Origin: Octopus bimaculoides
Taxonomy: Eukaryota
DNA: 52,189 bases
Assembly: GCF_001194135.2 (NCBI RefSeq)
Contig: NC_068981.1
Coordinates: 196,389,107 to 196,441,295, forward strand
Direction: 5' to 3'
The notes beneath the pieces are model-generated. The model had not been told where the DNA came from, did no database searches, and saw only the letters and a program-made list of their open reading frames with translations. The translations under genes were made by a program, and so were the position numbers. The first letter of the stretch is position 1; each line of letters begins with the position of its first letter. Positions 11,184 to 21,850 of this stretch are shown here, piece after piece.

Positions 11184-12030
11184 CAGGTCATCCCATAAGT
11201 CCTGTTCGATTTTACCTTTTTTAAAATTGAATGAAATTTAATAGTATTTTAGAATGTCTAATGGGATTAAAAATTATTTTTATGCATTTGTGTACATTTA
11301 AAGTAATTAAATATTATTTTACAGAATAATAGAATTAAAATTTCTTTGATTAAAACCCTTTCTAACAAGGAAGTATCCAAACAGCATCTGAGGCATACAA
11401 TGCTTTATGAGTACAAAAAAGGAAACTCTGCAGCCAAAGCGACTCGAACCATACAATCAGTTTATGGGAAAGAATGCTTGAATGAAAGAACTTGCAGAAG
11501 ATGGTTTGCAAAATTCAGAAGTGGAGATTTCAGCCTTCAAGATGAAGATCGAACAGTTGAGTTTGATGTTAAGCTCCTTGAAGCATTACTTGAAGAAAAT
11601 CATGCATTATCAGTTGAAGAATTGGCAATAAAGCTTAGTTCAAACCATACAACTGTTCGTCGTCATCTTTAACAACTTGGAAAGGTTCCTAAACTTGGAA
11701 AATAGGTGTCTCGTGAATTGTCCGAAAGCAACCGCAAATCCCGAGTTGACATCTGCTCTTCTCTCCATTCTCGCGAACTCATTTCACCATTTTTGGATAG
11801 ACTTGTGACTGGTGACGAAAAATGGATCTTCTATCGAAATGTTAAACATCGTAAACAGTGGCTTGATAAAAGGGAAAAAGCTCAACCACAACCGAGAAGG
11901 GAACTTCATGGAAAAAAGGTTCTTCTCTCTATCTGGTGGGATTGCAAAGAAGTAATTCACTTTGAATTGTTACCACCTAATGCAACAATCAATGCTCAAG
12001 TCTACTGTCAGCAATTAGAGCGTTTGAACC
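11184..12030 (+). mobile_element. mariner transposase pseudogene, 3'-truncated
   Basis: TIR-like caggtcatcccataagt; HTH region LRHTMLYEYKKGNSA...RWFAKFRSGDFSL; catalytic region FLDRLVTGDEKWIFY...LSIWWD; two in-frame stops (TAA at 11670, TAG ~11702). Confidence 0.92.
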
Positions 12031-12162
12031 AAACACAAACATATATATATAATATATATATATATAATTTTTTATAAATTGATTTTAATTGAGTTTTTTA
12101 CCTGTAATTTTGGATTTTGTCCCTAATAATATTATTATTATATATATATATATATATATATC

Positions 12163-13090
12163 CCAGCATGTAGCGATAGATGGTGTTCGGTGCAGCTCAA
12201 CAAGAGTCAAGAATAATCAGTGGAGTCCCACAACACACCAGTATTATGATTTCTGCAGGTGACTCTAAGCTTCTGAAAGTCATCTGCATGGACATAGACG
12301 GGACGAATCTCCAATGAGATCTGCTCGCAGTTACCCGATTGGGAATGAAATCACAATATGCATCTAAACTTGAGTAAATTTGAATGAATCCCCTTCGCTG
12401 AAGAGGCAGCGTTTAAGCACAGACACACACACACACTTCTCTTGGGCAAAAACCTTGACACATCAAACACCGCTAAGACAAAAACTCAACCTGGAGTGCA
12501 ACAGGTAAACAACAAAGTCGGCATGACCCGCAGGGCGTGCTCCTGGATCCTCAGGATCTTTCGGTCTACACAAGCTCCTACCATTATCATTCTCGTCTTT
12601 CGGTCTACACAAGTTCCTACCATTATCATTCTCGTCTTTCGGTCTACACAAGCTCCTACCATTATCATTCTCGTCTCCACCTCTGCACGTCCTCACCTTG
12701 AATACTGTTGTCCGTTGTGGTCTCCCTACACGAAACGGAACATTATAAAAGTTGTGGCCAGCGATCAATCCCAAGGAAAGTAGCCTTCACAACACAAACA
12801 CAGAACTTCTTCACCTCAACTTACGCTGCTCTCTTTAACATCATGCTAAGACACATAAGAGAAGGAAAAAATCTCAAAACATTCAAACAGTCCCTAGATG
12901 AATATCTGCAACAAATTCCAGATAAACCACCTTACACTCGAATATATCTCTACACACAATAACTCTTTGCTTGAATGGACTATTGTGACCAAACAATCAC
13001 TAGCATTAAACATTATAAAATGTCTTTTCTAGGCGGCGATGTTAAGTTAAGCATGCTCTGGGACAATCCTGGCTGAAACTTACCTAAATA
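12163..13090 (+). mobile_element. CR1-like LINE, internally deleted 3' fragment
   Basis: QHVAIDG..., WILRIF...RPHLEYCCPLWSPY, LDEYLQQIPDKP; 3' UTR similar to 15400-15605. Confidence 0.8.
12558..12674. repeat. 3 x 39-bp tandem repeat inside the CR1 fragment
   Basis: ctttcggtctacacaagctcctaccattatcattctcgt repeated three times with one substitution. Confidence 0.95.
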
Positions 13091-13133
13091 TCTAAGTTTA
13101 TATATGCAAAGAATATATCTGTATCTATATCTA

Positions 13134-13176
<43 letters not shown>

Positions 13177-13394
13177 ATATATATATATATATATATANNN
13201 NNNNNNNNNNNNNNNNNNNNNNNNNNNNNNNNNNNNNNNNNNNNNNNNNNNNNNNNNNNNNNNNNNNNNNNNNNNNNNNNNNNNNNNNNNNNNNNNNNNN
13301 NNNNNNNNNNNNNNNNNNNNNNNNNNNNNNNNNNNNNNNNNNNNNNNNNNNNNNNNNNNATATATATATATATATATATACACACATACATATA

Positions 13395-13760
13395 TGCTCC
13401 CACTACGTTGTTGTAACTCACAGCACCCATCATGGTTCCTATCACATTACCGACTCCTTTACCTGCACTTCTAGTAACGTCATTTGCTGCATCCCCTGCT
13501 CTTTCTGCCCTTCTCTGTACATCGGTCAAACGGGACGCCACTTGGCTGACTGGTTCGCGAAGCACCTCAAAGACATCAGACTCGGCAATAACACCTCTAT
13601 CTTGTGCCATTTCCACCCTACTGGTGATTCACAACAGCATTTGTCTGTGTTTGGACTGTCTTTACACAGGGATCATCCGGACTCCCGCCTTCACCGCGAA
13701 CAAGAACTAAGCTTCTCTCTTCACTCCTTTGCGCCATATGTGCTAACTCCCTCCTCTCTT
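13395..13760 (+). pseudogene. Penelope-like GIY-YIG endonuclease fragment
   Basis: HITDSFTCTSSNVICCIPCSFCPSLYIGQTGRHLADWFAKH...REQEL fits the PLE GIY-YIG signature (N-V-I-Y...C..C...YIGQT.R.L..R..EH), decayed. Confidence 0.88.
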
Positions 13761-14319
13761 CATCTAACACTTACCTTCTATCTTCACTGATACCCTCCCA
13801 CACCACTCCACACACTAGCACTGACCACTTCCAGCATCCACACCACACATCATCCACACACCCACACACAATTTTCAATAACGTCACCACACATACCATT
13901 ATATGAGTAGTCACACTGTTTAACTCAGTACACACACCACACACCATCATGCACACTCTCACACCCACACAAGCACATAATACCTAAACACAGACAATAT
14001 ATACATGCACGCGCAACACGCATTAACACACACTGCATACATTGACAAGGATAACTTTCGTCCACATATATACAGCATACACATGCACAGTTTGGTCACA
14101 GGTACACACACACACATACACATGTACACACACCACGTGAAAAAGCACACCTCAACTGCAAGACACAACACACACACACACGTTACAGACCCACACACTT
14201 ACATACGCACACACTCAAACATGTCAGATTAGCTAACCTCTATTCACACACACACACCTACACACACATACACATACACATACACACACGCACACCTTCA
14301 TTAGGGATCACCTGCACCT

Positions 14320-14585
14320 CTCTTTCTTTCAGCCACTTTTTCTTATTATATTCTCCCTTTCTTTCGAACTTTTTTCTCTAATCATTCGCCATGCTGGACC
14401 GCTGAAATCAACAGGTTTTCTTTCATTATCTCTCTGTTTATTTTATCTTATTCCTTTCTGCTGAAGAGCATAGGCTCGAAACGTAAAAGACTTTTTTTTA
14501 TTTTCCTGAGCATCAAACTAATACACTTGCTTGTTGTTCATACACTTGTCTTCGTCTTTTGTTTTTCTACAAATTTCAGCTGTAT
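14320..14585 (+). mobile_element. Penelope-like pLTR family P1 with HHR motif at 14454-14490
   Basis: CTTT-CTGCTGA-A-GAGC atag GCTC-GAAAC-GTA-AAAG; colinear with the upstream GIY-YIG ORF. Confidence 0.7.
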
Positions 14586-14612
14586 ATATATATATATACA
14601 TAAATATACACA

Positions 14613-14656
<44 letters not shown>

Positions 14657-14667
14657 TATATATATAT

Positions 14668-14750
<83 letters not shown>

Positions 14751-14939
14751 GACAGTGACAGAACTGTTATTCAGTGCTTCAGGTTCCTGTTCGTTCGGCT
14801 GCTGTGATGGAAACTGAATTAAGATCTTAAACTCGGAGTAACAGCTTTGGGATAATTTTGCAGCTTTAACATAAAGTATATTATTCTGCATTCGATATTC
14901 GAGTACTATTTATTCCACTTTTCCACCTTGTTTTGCACT

Positions 14940-15605
14940 TATGCTCTCACCTGTATCAAATATTATCCTGTTGTTGGCCCTAGTAGATTCCCCGCTAGTC
15001 TCTTAAAGGAATGTAGACACCATCTTGTAGTCCCTCTGACCAACCTCTGGAGAAATTCCGTTGAGGTAGGGACTGTCTAACACAGCTCTTACACCACATC
15101 GATGATGTCCTTAATGCCTTGGGATCAGGTGGGAACTCTGATATCATATATCTTGACTTCAGTAAAGGGTTCGACAGAGTTGACCATAATATCCTACTGT
15201 CAAAATTGTCAAATGTCATAATATCCTTCTGTCAAAATAGTCAAAATTCATCCAAAGCTAGGACCACGGGCCATATGCCCCCTACTCAATTCAGGATCAC
15301 AATACATAAGAACACTGCAAAACAATTTCTTTTCCTCAACAGGCCCTGCCCTATTTAATATCGTCCTGAAACAGATCAAAGAGGAAAAAGATCACATCAC
15401 CTTTAAACAGAATCTGGACAAATTTCTTCAAGGAATACCAGATAACCTACATATACCTGGATACAACTCACTCGACAAGAACTCTCTACTCGAATGGACC
15501 ATGATACCACAAAACTTGATTAAAAAAAAAGATTATGCTAATCCTATCAGGTGGTGCTATTAAGTTAGACATGGCCCGGACCAATCTTTGGTCGAAACAT
15601 ATCAA
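14940..15605 (+). mobile_element. CR1-like LINE fragment (RT motif joined to the 3' end by deletion)
   Basis: LLHHIDDVLNALGSGGNSDIIYLDFSKGFDRVDHNILLSKL (YLDFSKAFD-type RT motif), then the CR1 3' end. Confidence 0.85.
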
Positions 15606-15809
15606 AGTTTATATATATANNNNNNNNNNNNNNNNNNNNNNNNNNNNNNNNNNNNNNNNNNNNNNNNNNNNNNNNNNNNNNNNNNNNNNNNNNNNNNNNN
15701 NNNNNNNNNNNNNNNNNNNNNNNNNNNNNNNNNNNNNNNNNNNNNNNNNNNNNNNNNNNNNNNNNNNNNNNATATATATATATATATACACACACACATA
15801 TGCGTGTGA

Positions 15810-16027
15810 ATATGTTTGTCTGTGTTTGTCCCCCCAACTTTGCCTGACAACCGATTCTTGTGCGTTTACATCCCTGTAACCTAGCGGTTCGGCAAAAGAC
15901 ACCGATAGAATAAGTACCATGCTTACAAGGAATATGTCCTGGGGTCGATTTGCTCGACTAAAGGCGGTGCTCCAGTATGGCCACAATCAAATGACTGAAA
16001 TACGTAAAAAAGTAAACGAGTAAAAGA

Positions 16028-16030
<3 letters not shown>
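15810..16030 (+). mobile_element. SINE family A, 3' half
   Basis: gtgtttgtccccccaac...gcggttcggcaaaagacaccgatagaataagtacc...gactgaaatac. Confidence 0.88.
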
Positions 16031-16063
<33 letters not shown>

Positions 16064-16109
16064 ATTTATAACAATGGTTGGTAGCAAGAAACGCTTCCAC
16101 GTCACGTAA

Positions 16110-16445
16110 CTCACTCAGTTTTCATTTCTATTAGAAATAATGAAGGAGGTCTCAGCTTTGAACAAAAGAAATTTATACGAAATTGTTTCCTGAAGGAAGT
16201 TTGAATACGCAGCCAAAATGTAAAACCAATTTAGAAGGGAGCCCCACGCGACTATCCGTCACTTGAAGGCAGCTGTTGACCAAGAATTTGGACAAATACC
16301 GAACGAAATGTTTCTTGGTGTTTATTATTCCATTGTTTCGCCTTATCAGAAGTGTTTGAACCAGAACGGTCATTAGTTTGAAACAGGCGATCTTAAAAGA
16401 ATGAAGTTCTGTCTGTTTTATTAAATTTTGAAAACGAAATGTATT
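16110..16445 (+). mobile_element. Tc1/mariner deletion derivative (decayed)
   Basis: Segments resemble transposase N-terminal (EQKKFI) and C-terminal (IRHLKAAVDQEF...CLNQNGH) pieces; similarity judged by eye. Confidence 0.4.
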
Positions 16446-16553
16446 TTAATTGACACTCATATTATACTCATTATTCATTATTCCTATAGGTATTCATTTT
16501 GGGGGCCACCCCCTATGTGTGTGTGTGTGTGTGTATGTGTGTGTGTATTTGTG

Positions 16554-16585
<32 letters not shown>

Positions 16586-16759
16586 ATTTTTTCCTTCAAG
16601 AGGCCACAGCCGAGACATGTCTCACAATGACTCTGTCCCCGATTAATTTTTGTAGTTCCTCAGTTTTTCAGTGTACCTCTCAGCCAATTACGTCAATGTT
16701 GTTGTGTGGCCCTCATCCTTTATTACGGTAGAGATATCCCTCAAAATATGTCCCCTATC

Positions 16760-17895
16760 ATGATTATAAGGGACTGCAAAGCAAGCCTACTTTGAGTAAC
16801 GATAGTAGAGATGGATTGAATGCGTCCATAAATCTCCTCTGTGGCCTTGTTTTGAATCCTCGTGAGAACTAGCGCATAAACTCTTAAGATAATCTTTATG
16901 TTGTTTTTTTATCGTCCAAGTTTTGGCTCCATAGAGAAGAATGTTCTCAACGCATGCTCTGAAGCAGACAAGCGTTATTGACTTTGAAATATTTGATAGC
17001 CAGATATTTTGAAACTTATTACAAATACCCCCAGGTTTTCCCCTTTCTCGTAAGGAAGTTTTTGTTACGGTCAGAAACATAGGATGCAAGATGCTTAAAG
17101 TTATTAACATTTTGAGTTTGTACCATCGTTGGAACAAACTGGCCGGCGGTGGATTTCATCGTCATTGATGGTCCTGAATTCAGCCTTCTTGGCATTGAGA
17201 CCAACTTTACATGCAACATTGTAAATCTATGTTAACAGGTTTTGCACATTACGTAATTGGTGAGTTGTGAGGGCAGGACCATCAGCATAGTCGAGGCTAA
17301 AGTTTACATATCATTCTACTGTCTTCCTCACTTATACTGTGGAGGCGCAATGGCCCAGTGGTTAGGGCAGCGGACTCGCGGTCGTTGGATCGCGGTTTCG
17401 ATTCCCAGACCAGGCGTTGTAAGTGTTTATTGAGCGAAAACACCTAAAGTTCCACAAGGCTCCGGCAGGGGGGTTGTGGCGAACCCTGCTGTACTCTTTC
17501 ACCACAACTTTCTCTCACTCTTACTTCCTGTTTCTGTTGTACCTGTACTTCAAAGGAGCCAGCCTTGTCACACTCTGTGTCACACAGAATCTCCCCGAGA
17601 ACTACGTTAAGGGTACGCGTGTCTGTGGAGTGCTCAGCCACTTGCACGTTAATTTCACGAGCAAGCTGTTCCGTTGATCGGATCAACTGGAACCCTCGTC
17701 GTCGTAACCGACGGAGTGCCAACCATCACTTATACTTGATTTTAAAGTTTTTTCTCTTCGATGGGGTCACAACTTCGCCAAAGAATGGAGTTTACAGCAG
17801 CAACAAAAAGAAAAGCGTAAGGGTTTCTCCCCGAACAAGTCCTGTTGTTGTCGTTGGAAACTGTTTAGTTGGACTGTTTGTGATTTGCACAAACA
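16760..17895 (-). mobile_element. RTE-like LINE fragments, interrupted by SINE C
   Basis: Minus strand GLVRGETLTLFFLLLL (RT GV.QGDTLAP-like, ~17760-17890) and FKHLASYV...KTWG, IWLSNISKSITLVCFRACVENILLYGAKTWT. Confidence 0.65.
17341..17723 (+). mobile_element. tRNA-derived SINE family C, full length
   Basis: A box TGGCCCAGTGG, B box GGTTTCGATTCC; tail shared with 19430-19616. Confidence 0.9.
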
Positions 17896-17949
17896 TTGAT
17901 GGTTTTCAGTATATGGTGGCGATGATTTTCATATTCTCATCTGAGATGC

Positions 17950-18760
17950 CATAGTTCAAAGTTGTCACTCTCTCTCTCCCTTTCTCTCTCTCTCCCTTTC
18001 TCTCTCTCTCCCTTTCTCTCTCTCTCCCTTTCTCTCTCTCTCTCTGTGGTCTGGCGTTGTCTTGCAATAAAATAGGAGTGGATCTGTTGACTAATCTAGG
18101 CTGTTGCTTTGTAAGTTTCTGCATCATTTGGTCCAGTTGGCTGTTGTATACTTCGGCCGTGATTGATGAGCCAGGTTTAATGAAATTATAATGGATCACA
18201 CCTGCGCCAGACCACCAACCATACACTATCAGATTCTTTTGGAGAATTTTACTTTCTGGACTGGGTTTTGGTGGCTCGCCTTTGTCCAACCATTGTGCTG
18301 AATGTTTACGGTTGTTGTATTGGATTCATTTCTCATCACGTGTTATAATTCGATTCAAAAGTGATTAATTTTTGTGCCGAGAAAGTAGTATAATGCAAGC
18401 TTCCAAACATTACCGTTTCTGATTTTCATTGAGTTCATGTGGAACCCACTATTTCAATTTTTTCACTTTACCGATTTGAACCAGGTGAGTCAATATTATT
18501 TGCTTGCTAACACCAAACAACAACGATGATTCACGGGCACTTTGAGATGGATCTGACTCGGCGGTGGCTTTCAGTTTGTCATTATCCACCTTTATTTCTG
18601 GTCGACTGCGTTGCTCATTTGTGAGGTCAAAGTTACCAGAACGAAATTTTGCAAACCAATTTGATACTGTCTGCTGTGTAATAACATTAGAATGAAATAC
18701 TCCGTTAATATTCCGAGCTGTCTGTGATGCTGTATTTCCAAGAAAGAACTCATATTTCAA
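17950..18760 (-). mobile_element. mariner transposase pseudogene
   Basis: MKYEFFLG...WFAKFRSGNFDL...WVPHEL...ITRDEKW...GWWS...LLQDNARP with stops and a (CT)n interruption. Confidence 0.9.
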
Positions 18761-18764
18761 AACT

Positions 18765-19420
18765 ATTTCACCTCCGTACCAAACTCATTTCTGCAACCTC
18801 TGGGCTAATGCTCCCTCCCCATACGAAACTAATTCCTTGTCATGCAAAAAAAAAAAAAAAATGGTGTCTAAAATTCTGACACGTCTTCCCTCAACATGCA
18901 GAGTGACGTCATCCAACATCAGAAAAGACGTTCCCTCATAATACAAAATTAAGTCCTGGAACGTCAAAGTTATGTCTCCCCTCGCCAGGTGAAAATAAAT
19001 GTATTTAATATACCGACACGTCTTTCCTCACCATGCGAAATTACTGTGTCTAACGTAGGAAATAATTGTTCTATCGCAAAAAGGCAAGCAAATTTTGTGA
19101 CAGGAAAAATGAACACGTTCCTTCACCAGACAAAATTTATTTCTGCAGTGTCAAAATAATGTATTTTATTGCCATATGAAACGAAAACAATGTCTTTCCT
19201 TATCACGGGGAAGAACTTTATCCAAAACCGTTCTTTTACCATACAAAACTAATGTCTGCGGTTAAATGAAATGTCTTTCCTCGTCATACGAAAAGTTTCT
19301 TAAAATCGAGACAGTCATTCCCTCGCTTTGTGAATTTATCCAACGTTGAAATTAGCTATTACACCACCATAAGAAAATAATTTCTGTAACACAAGAACAT
19401 TGTTCATCATACTAAAGCTT
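18765..19420. repeat. Degenerate ~44-bp minisatellite
   Basis: Recurring YGTCTT(C/T)CCTCRCCATRCGAAA-like motif at ~18881, 18928, 18972, 19018, 19115, 19228, 19270, 19313, 19357. Confidence 0.65.
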
Positions 19421-19429
19421 CAACGTTAA

Positions 19430-19761
19430 CTGCTACTCCGTCGGTTACGACGAGGACTGCTCCAGTTGATCCAGTCAGCCTGACCGGGAATAGCCTGTTC
19501 GTGAAATTAACGTGCAAGTGGCTGAGCACTCCACAGACACGTCTACTCTTAACGTAGTTCTCAGTGAGATTCAGCGTGACAAAGAATGTGAAAAAGCCAG
19601 TCCTTCGAATTACAGATGCAACTCATTTTTGCCAACTGAGTGAACTGGAGCAACGTGAAATAAAGTGTCTTGCTCAAGGACACAACCCGCAGCCAGATAT
19701 CGAACTCAGAACCTTAGGATCGTGAACCGAGTGCCCTAACCACTGAGCCACGCGCCTTCAC
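19430..19761 (-). mobile_element. tRNA-derived SINE family D (head of E plus tail of C)
   Basis: Minus-strand head gaaggcgcgtggctcagtggttagg, B box gagttcgatatc, central ttgagcaagacactttatttcacgttgctccag. Confidence 0.88.
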
Positions 19762-19874
19762 TTCAACGTCAACGTCAACGTCTGTTCAATCGGTGTACGA
19801 AACAAAGTCACTGAAGATCCCAACGGTCTTCTCTATCCATGCGGAATTATCTTATGCAACGTTGTAGCTGACTG

Positions 19875-19958
19875 TTCTATCACAGCTGTTTCTGTGTACC
19901 ATAGTTGAGGCCAATATGTATTTACCTCGTTGCAAATGGCAGGCGTCATCAGAACGAA
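19875..19958 (-). ncRNA. Hammerhead-like motif with extended stem II (probably decayed)
   Basis: Minus strand CTGATGA (19952-19946) ... GAAAC-AGCT-GTG (19892-19881); cleavage-site base is G and stem I is poor. Confidence 0.4.
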
Positions 19959-21191
19959 GAAGGCGGATATAGACAAAGAGGAGAACAGAGGGAAAGATAG
20001 AGTGCGAAATCGGAAACGAAAATGTTCAATGATTCTAAAGTTCATTAAATCCATTTTGAGGTATTTGAAGAATAGAGGATCGTTGAACCCGAAGTCTCGT
20101 AGTTGGTTATTATTATGACTTCCACGTGTCTGCCTTTATATACACATACATACATACATACATACATACATACATACATACATACATACATACATACATA
20201 CATCGAGAAAGAGAGAGAGAGAGAGAGTCAACAGATGAGATCGAGAGAATCTTAATACAGAAAACACTTTGTAGCGCTCAAATGATTTGAACTTAGGCTC
20301 CGATATCTTCACTGAGGACCAAGTCAGCGTAATCGAAACGATTCAAATAAGAAGATAAAACCTTGGGTCTTAATGTATAATATATATAATCAAGGTGCAG
20401 GAAAGGCGTGATCCAACAGGAACAGTAATCCGAGGTACAAAAGATTCCGGCAGTTGGGTACTCCAAATCCAGTTGAAAGGCCAGGATCCGTGTGAGCTTA
20501 CATATANNNNNNNNNNNNNNNNNNNNNNNNNNNNNNNNNNNNNNNNNNNNNNNNNNNNNNNNNNNNNNNNNNNNNNNNNNNNNNNNNNNNNNNNNNNNNN
20601 NNNNNNNNNNNNNNNNNNNNNNNNNNNNNNNNNNNNNNNNNNNNNNNNNNNNNNNNNNNNNNNNNNNNNNNNNNNNNNNNNNNNNNNNNNNNNNNNNNNN
20701 NNNNNNNNNNNNNNNNNNNNNNNNNNNNNNNNNNNNNNNNNNNNNNNNNNNNNNNNNNNNNNNNNNNNNNNNNNNNNNNNNNNNNNNNNNNNNNNNNNNN
20801 NNNNNNNNNNNNNNNNNNNNNNNNNNNNNNNNNNNNNNNNNNNNNNNNNNNNNNNNNNNNNNNNNNNNNNNNNNNNNNNNNNNNNNNNNNNNNNNNNNNN
20901 NNNNNNNNNNNNNNNNNNNNNNNNNNNNNNNNNNNNNNNNNNNNNNNNNNNNNNNNNNNNNNNNNNNNNNNNNNNNNNNNNNNNNNNNNNNNNNNNNNNN
21001 NNNNNNNNNNNNNNNNNNNNNNNNNNNNNNNNNNNNNNNNNNNNNNNNNNNNNNNNNNNNNNNNNNNNNNNNNNNNNNNNNNNNNNNNNNNNNNNNNNNN
21101 NNNNNNNNNNNNNNNNNNNNNNNNNNNNNNNNNNNNNNNNNNNNNNNNNNNNNNNNNNNNNNNNNNNNNNNNNNNNNNNNNNNNNNNNNNN

Positions 21192-21320
21192 GTGTGTGTG
21201 TTTGTCCCCCATCATCGCTTGCAACTGATGCTGGTGTGTTCAAGTCCCCGTAACTTAGCGATTCAGCAAATGAGACCGATAGAATAAGTATTAGGCTTAC
21301 AAAGAATAAGTCCTGGAGTT
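21192..21320 (+). mobile_element. SINE family A fragment
   Basis: tttgtccccc atcatcgcttgcaactgatgctgg...gatagaataagtattaggcttac. Confidence 0.8.
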
Positions 21321-21339
21321 GTATGGGAGGTCATCAGGA

Positions 21340-21448
21340 AGAGATTGCTTCCTGAGGAACTCACTTGCAACGTAGGATATTGTTTTCTTCAGTTTTCACC
21401 ACTAAGTTAATGTATTTATTTTTGCTGTTGTTGTTTAGCAAGTGCTGT

Positions 21449-21498
<50 letters not shown>

Positions 21499-21850
21499 GA
21501 ATGCGACATTCGAATGCTGCCTGCGCTGATCACAAGCCTCTACCTCCTTTATCTCTTCTGAGGTAGGGCCTGTCGATATCACTATTTCTATGAAGATTTA
21601 GAATCTTGCGGATTTTAATGTCTATGGAGTGAATTTCTTCTACAGACCAATCAAGTATTGTAGATGTTGGAAGCAGCACTCGTACTGCAAATGATGTATG
21701 TATGTATGTATGTATGTATGTATGTATGTATGTATGTATGTATGTATGTATGCGTGTATATTTCCAAAGTTTCCACTCAACCTCTGTAATAATTACGAAC
21801 TTGGAAACTAGCATAAGTAAGAATAATATCTGATCTATCCTCAGTCAAGT
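21340..21850 (-). pseudogene. R4/Dong-like (RLE-type) LINE ORF fragment
   Basis: LDWSVEEIHSIDIKIRKIL...HRNSDIDRPYLRRDKGGRGL; interrupted by (ATGT)n and (GA)n. Confidence 0.75.

Noticed and set aside
15570-15605. GACCAA-TCT-TTGGTC hairpin followed by GAAAC as an HHR
   Set aside because: No upstream CUGANGA; more likely the 3' stem-loop of the CR1-like LINE.
17341-17420. tRNA gene (also the heads at 8790, 19761, 47915)
   Set aside because: A and B boxes are present, but there is no complete cloverleaf or poly-T terminator, and each continues into a multi-copy SINE body.
18765-19420. CRISPR-like array
   Set aside because: Eukaryotic context, highly degenerate repeats, spacers partly related to each other, no cas genes.
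19930-20118. 62-aa ORF MQMAGVIRTKK...
   Set aside because: Short, no recognisable domain, overlaps a probable Penelope terminal relic on the opposite strand.
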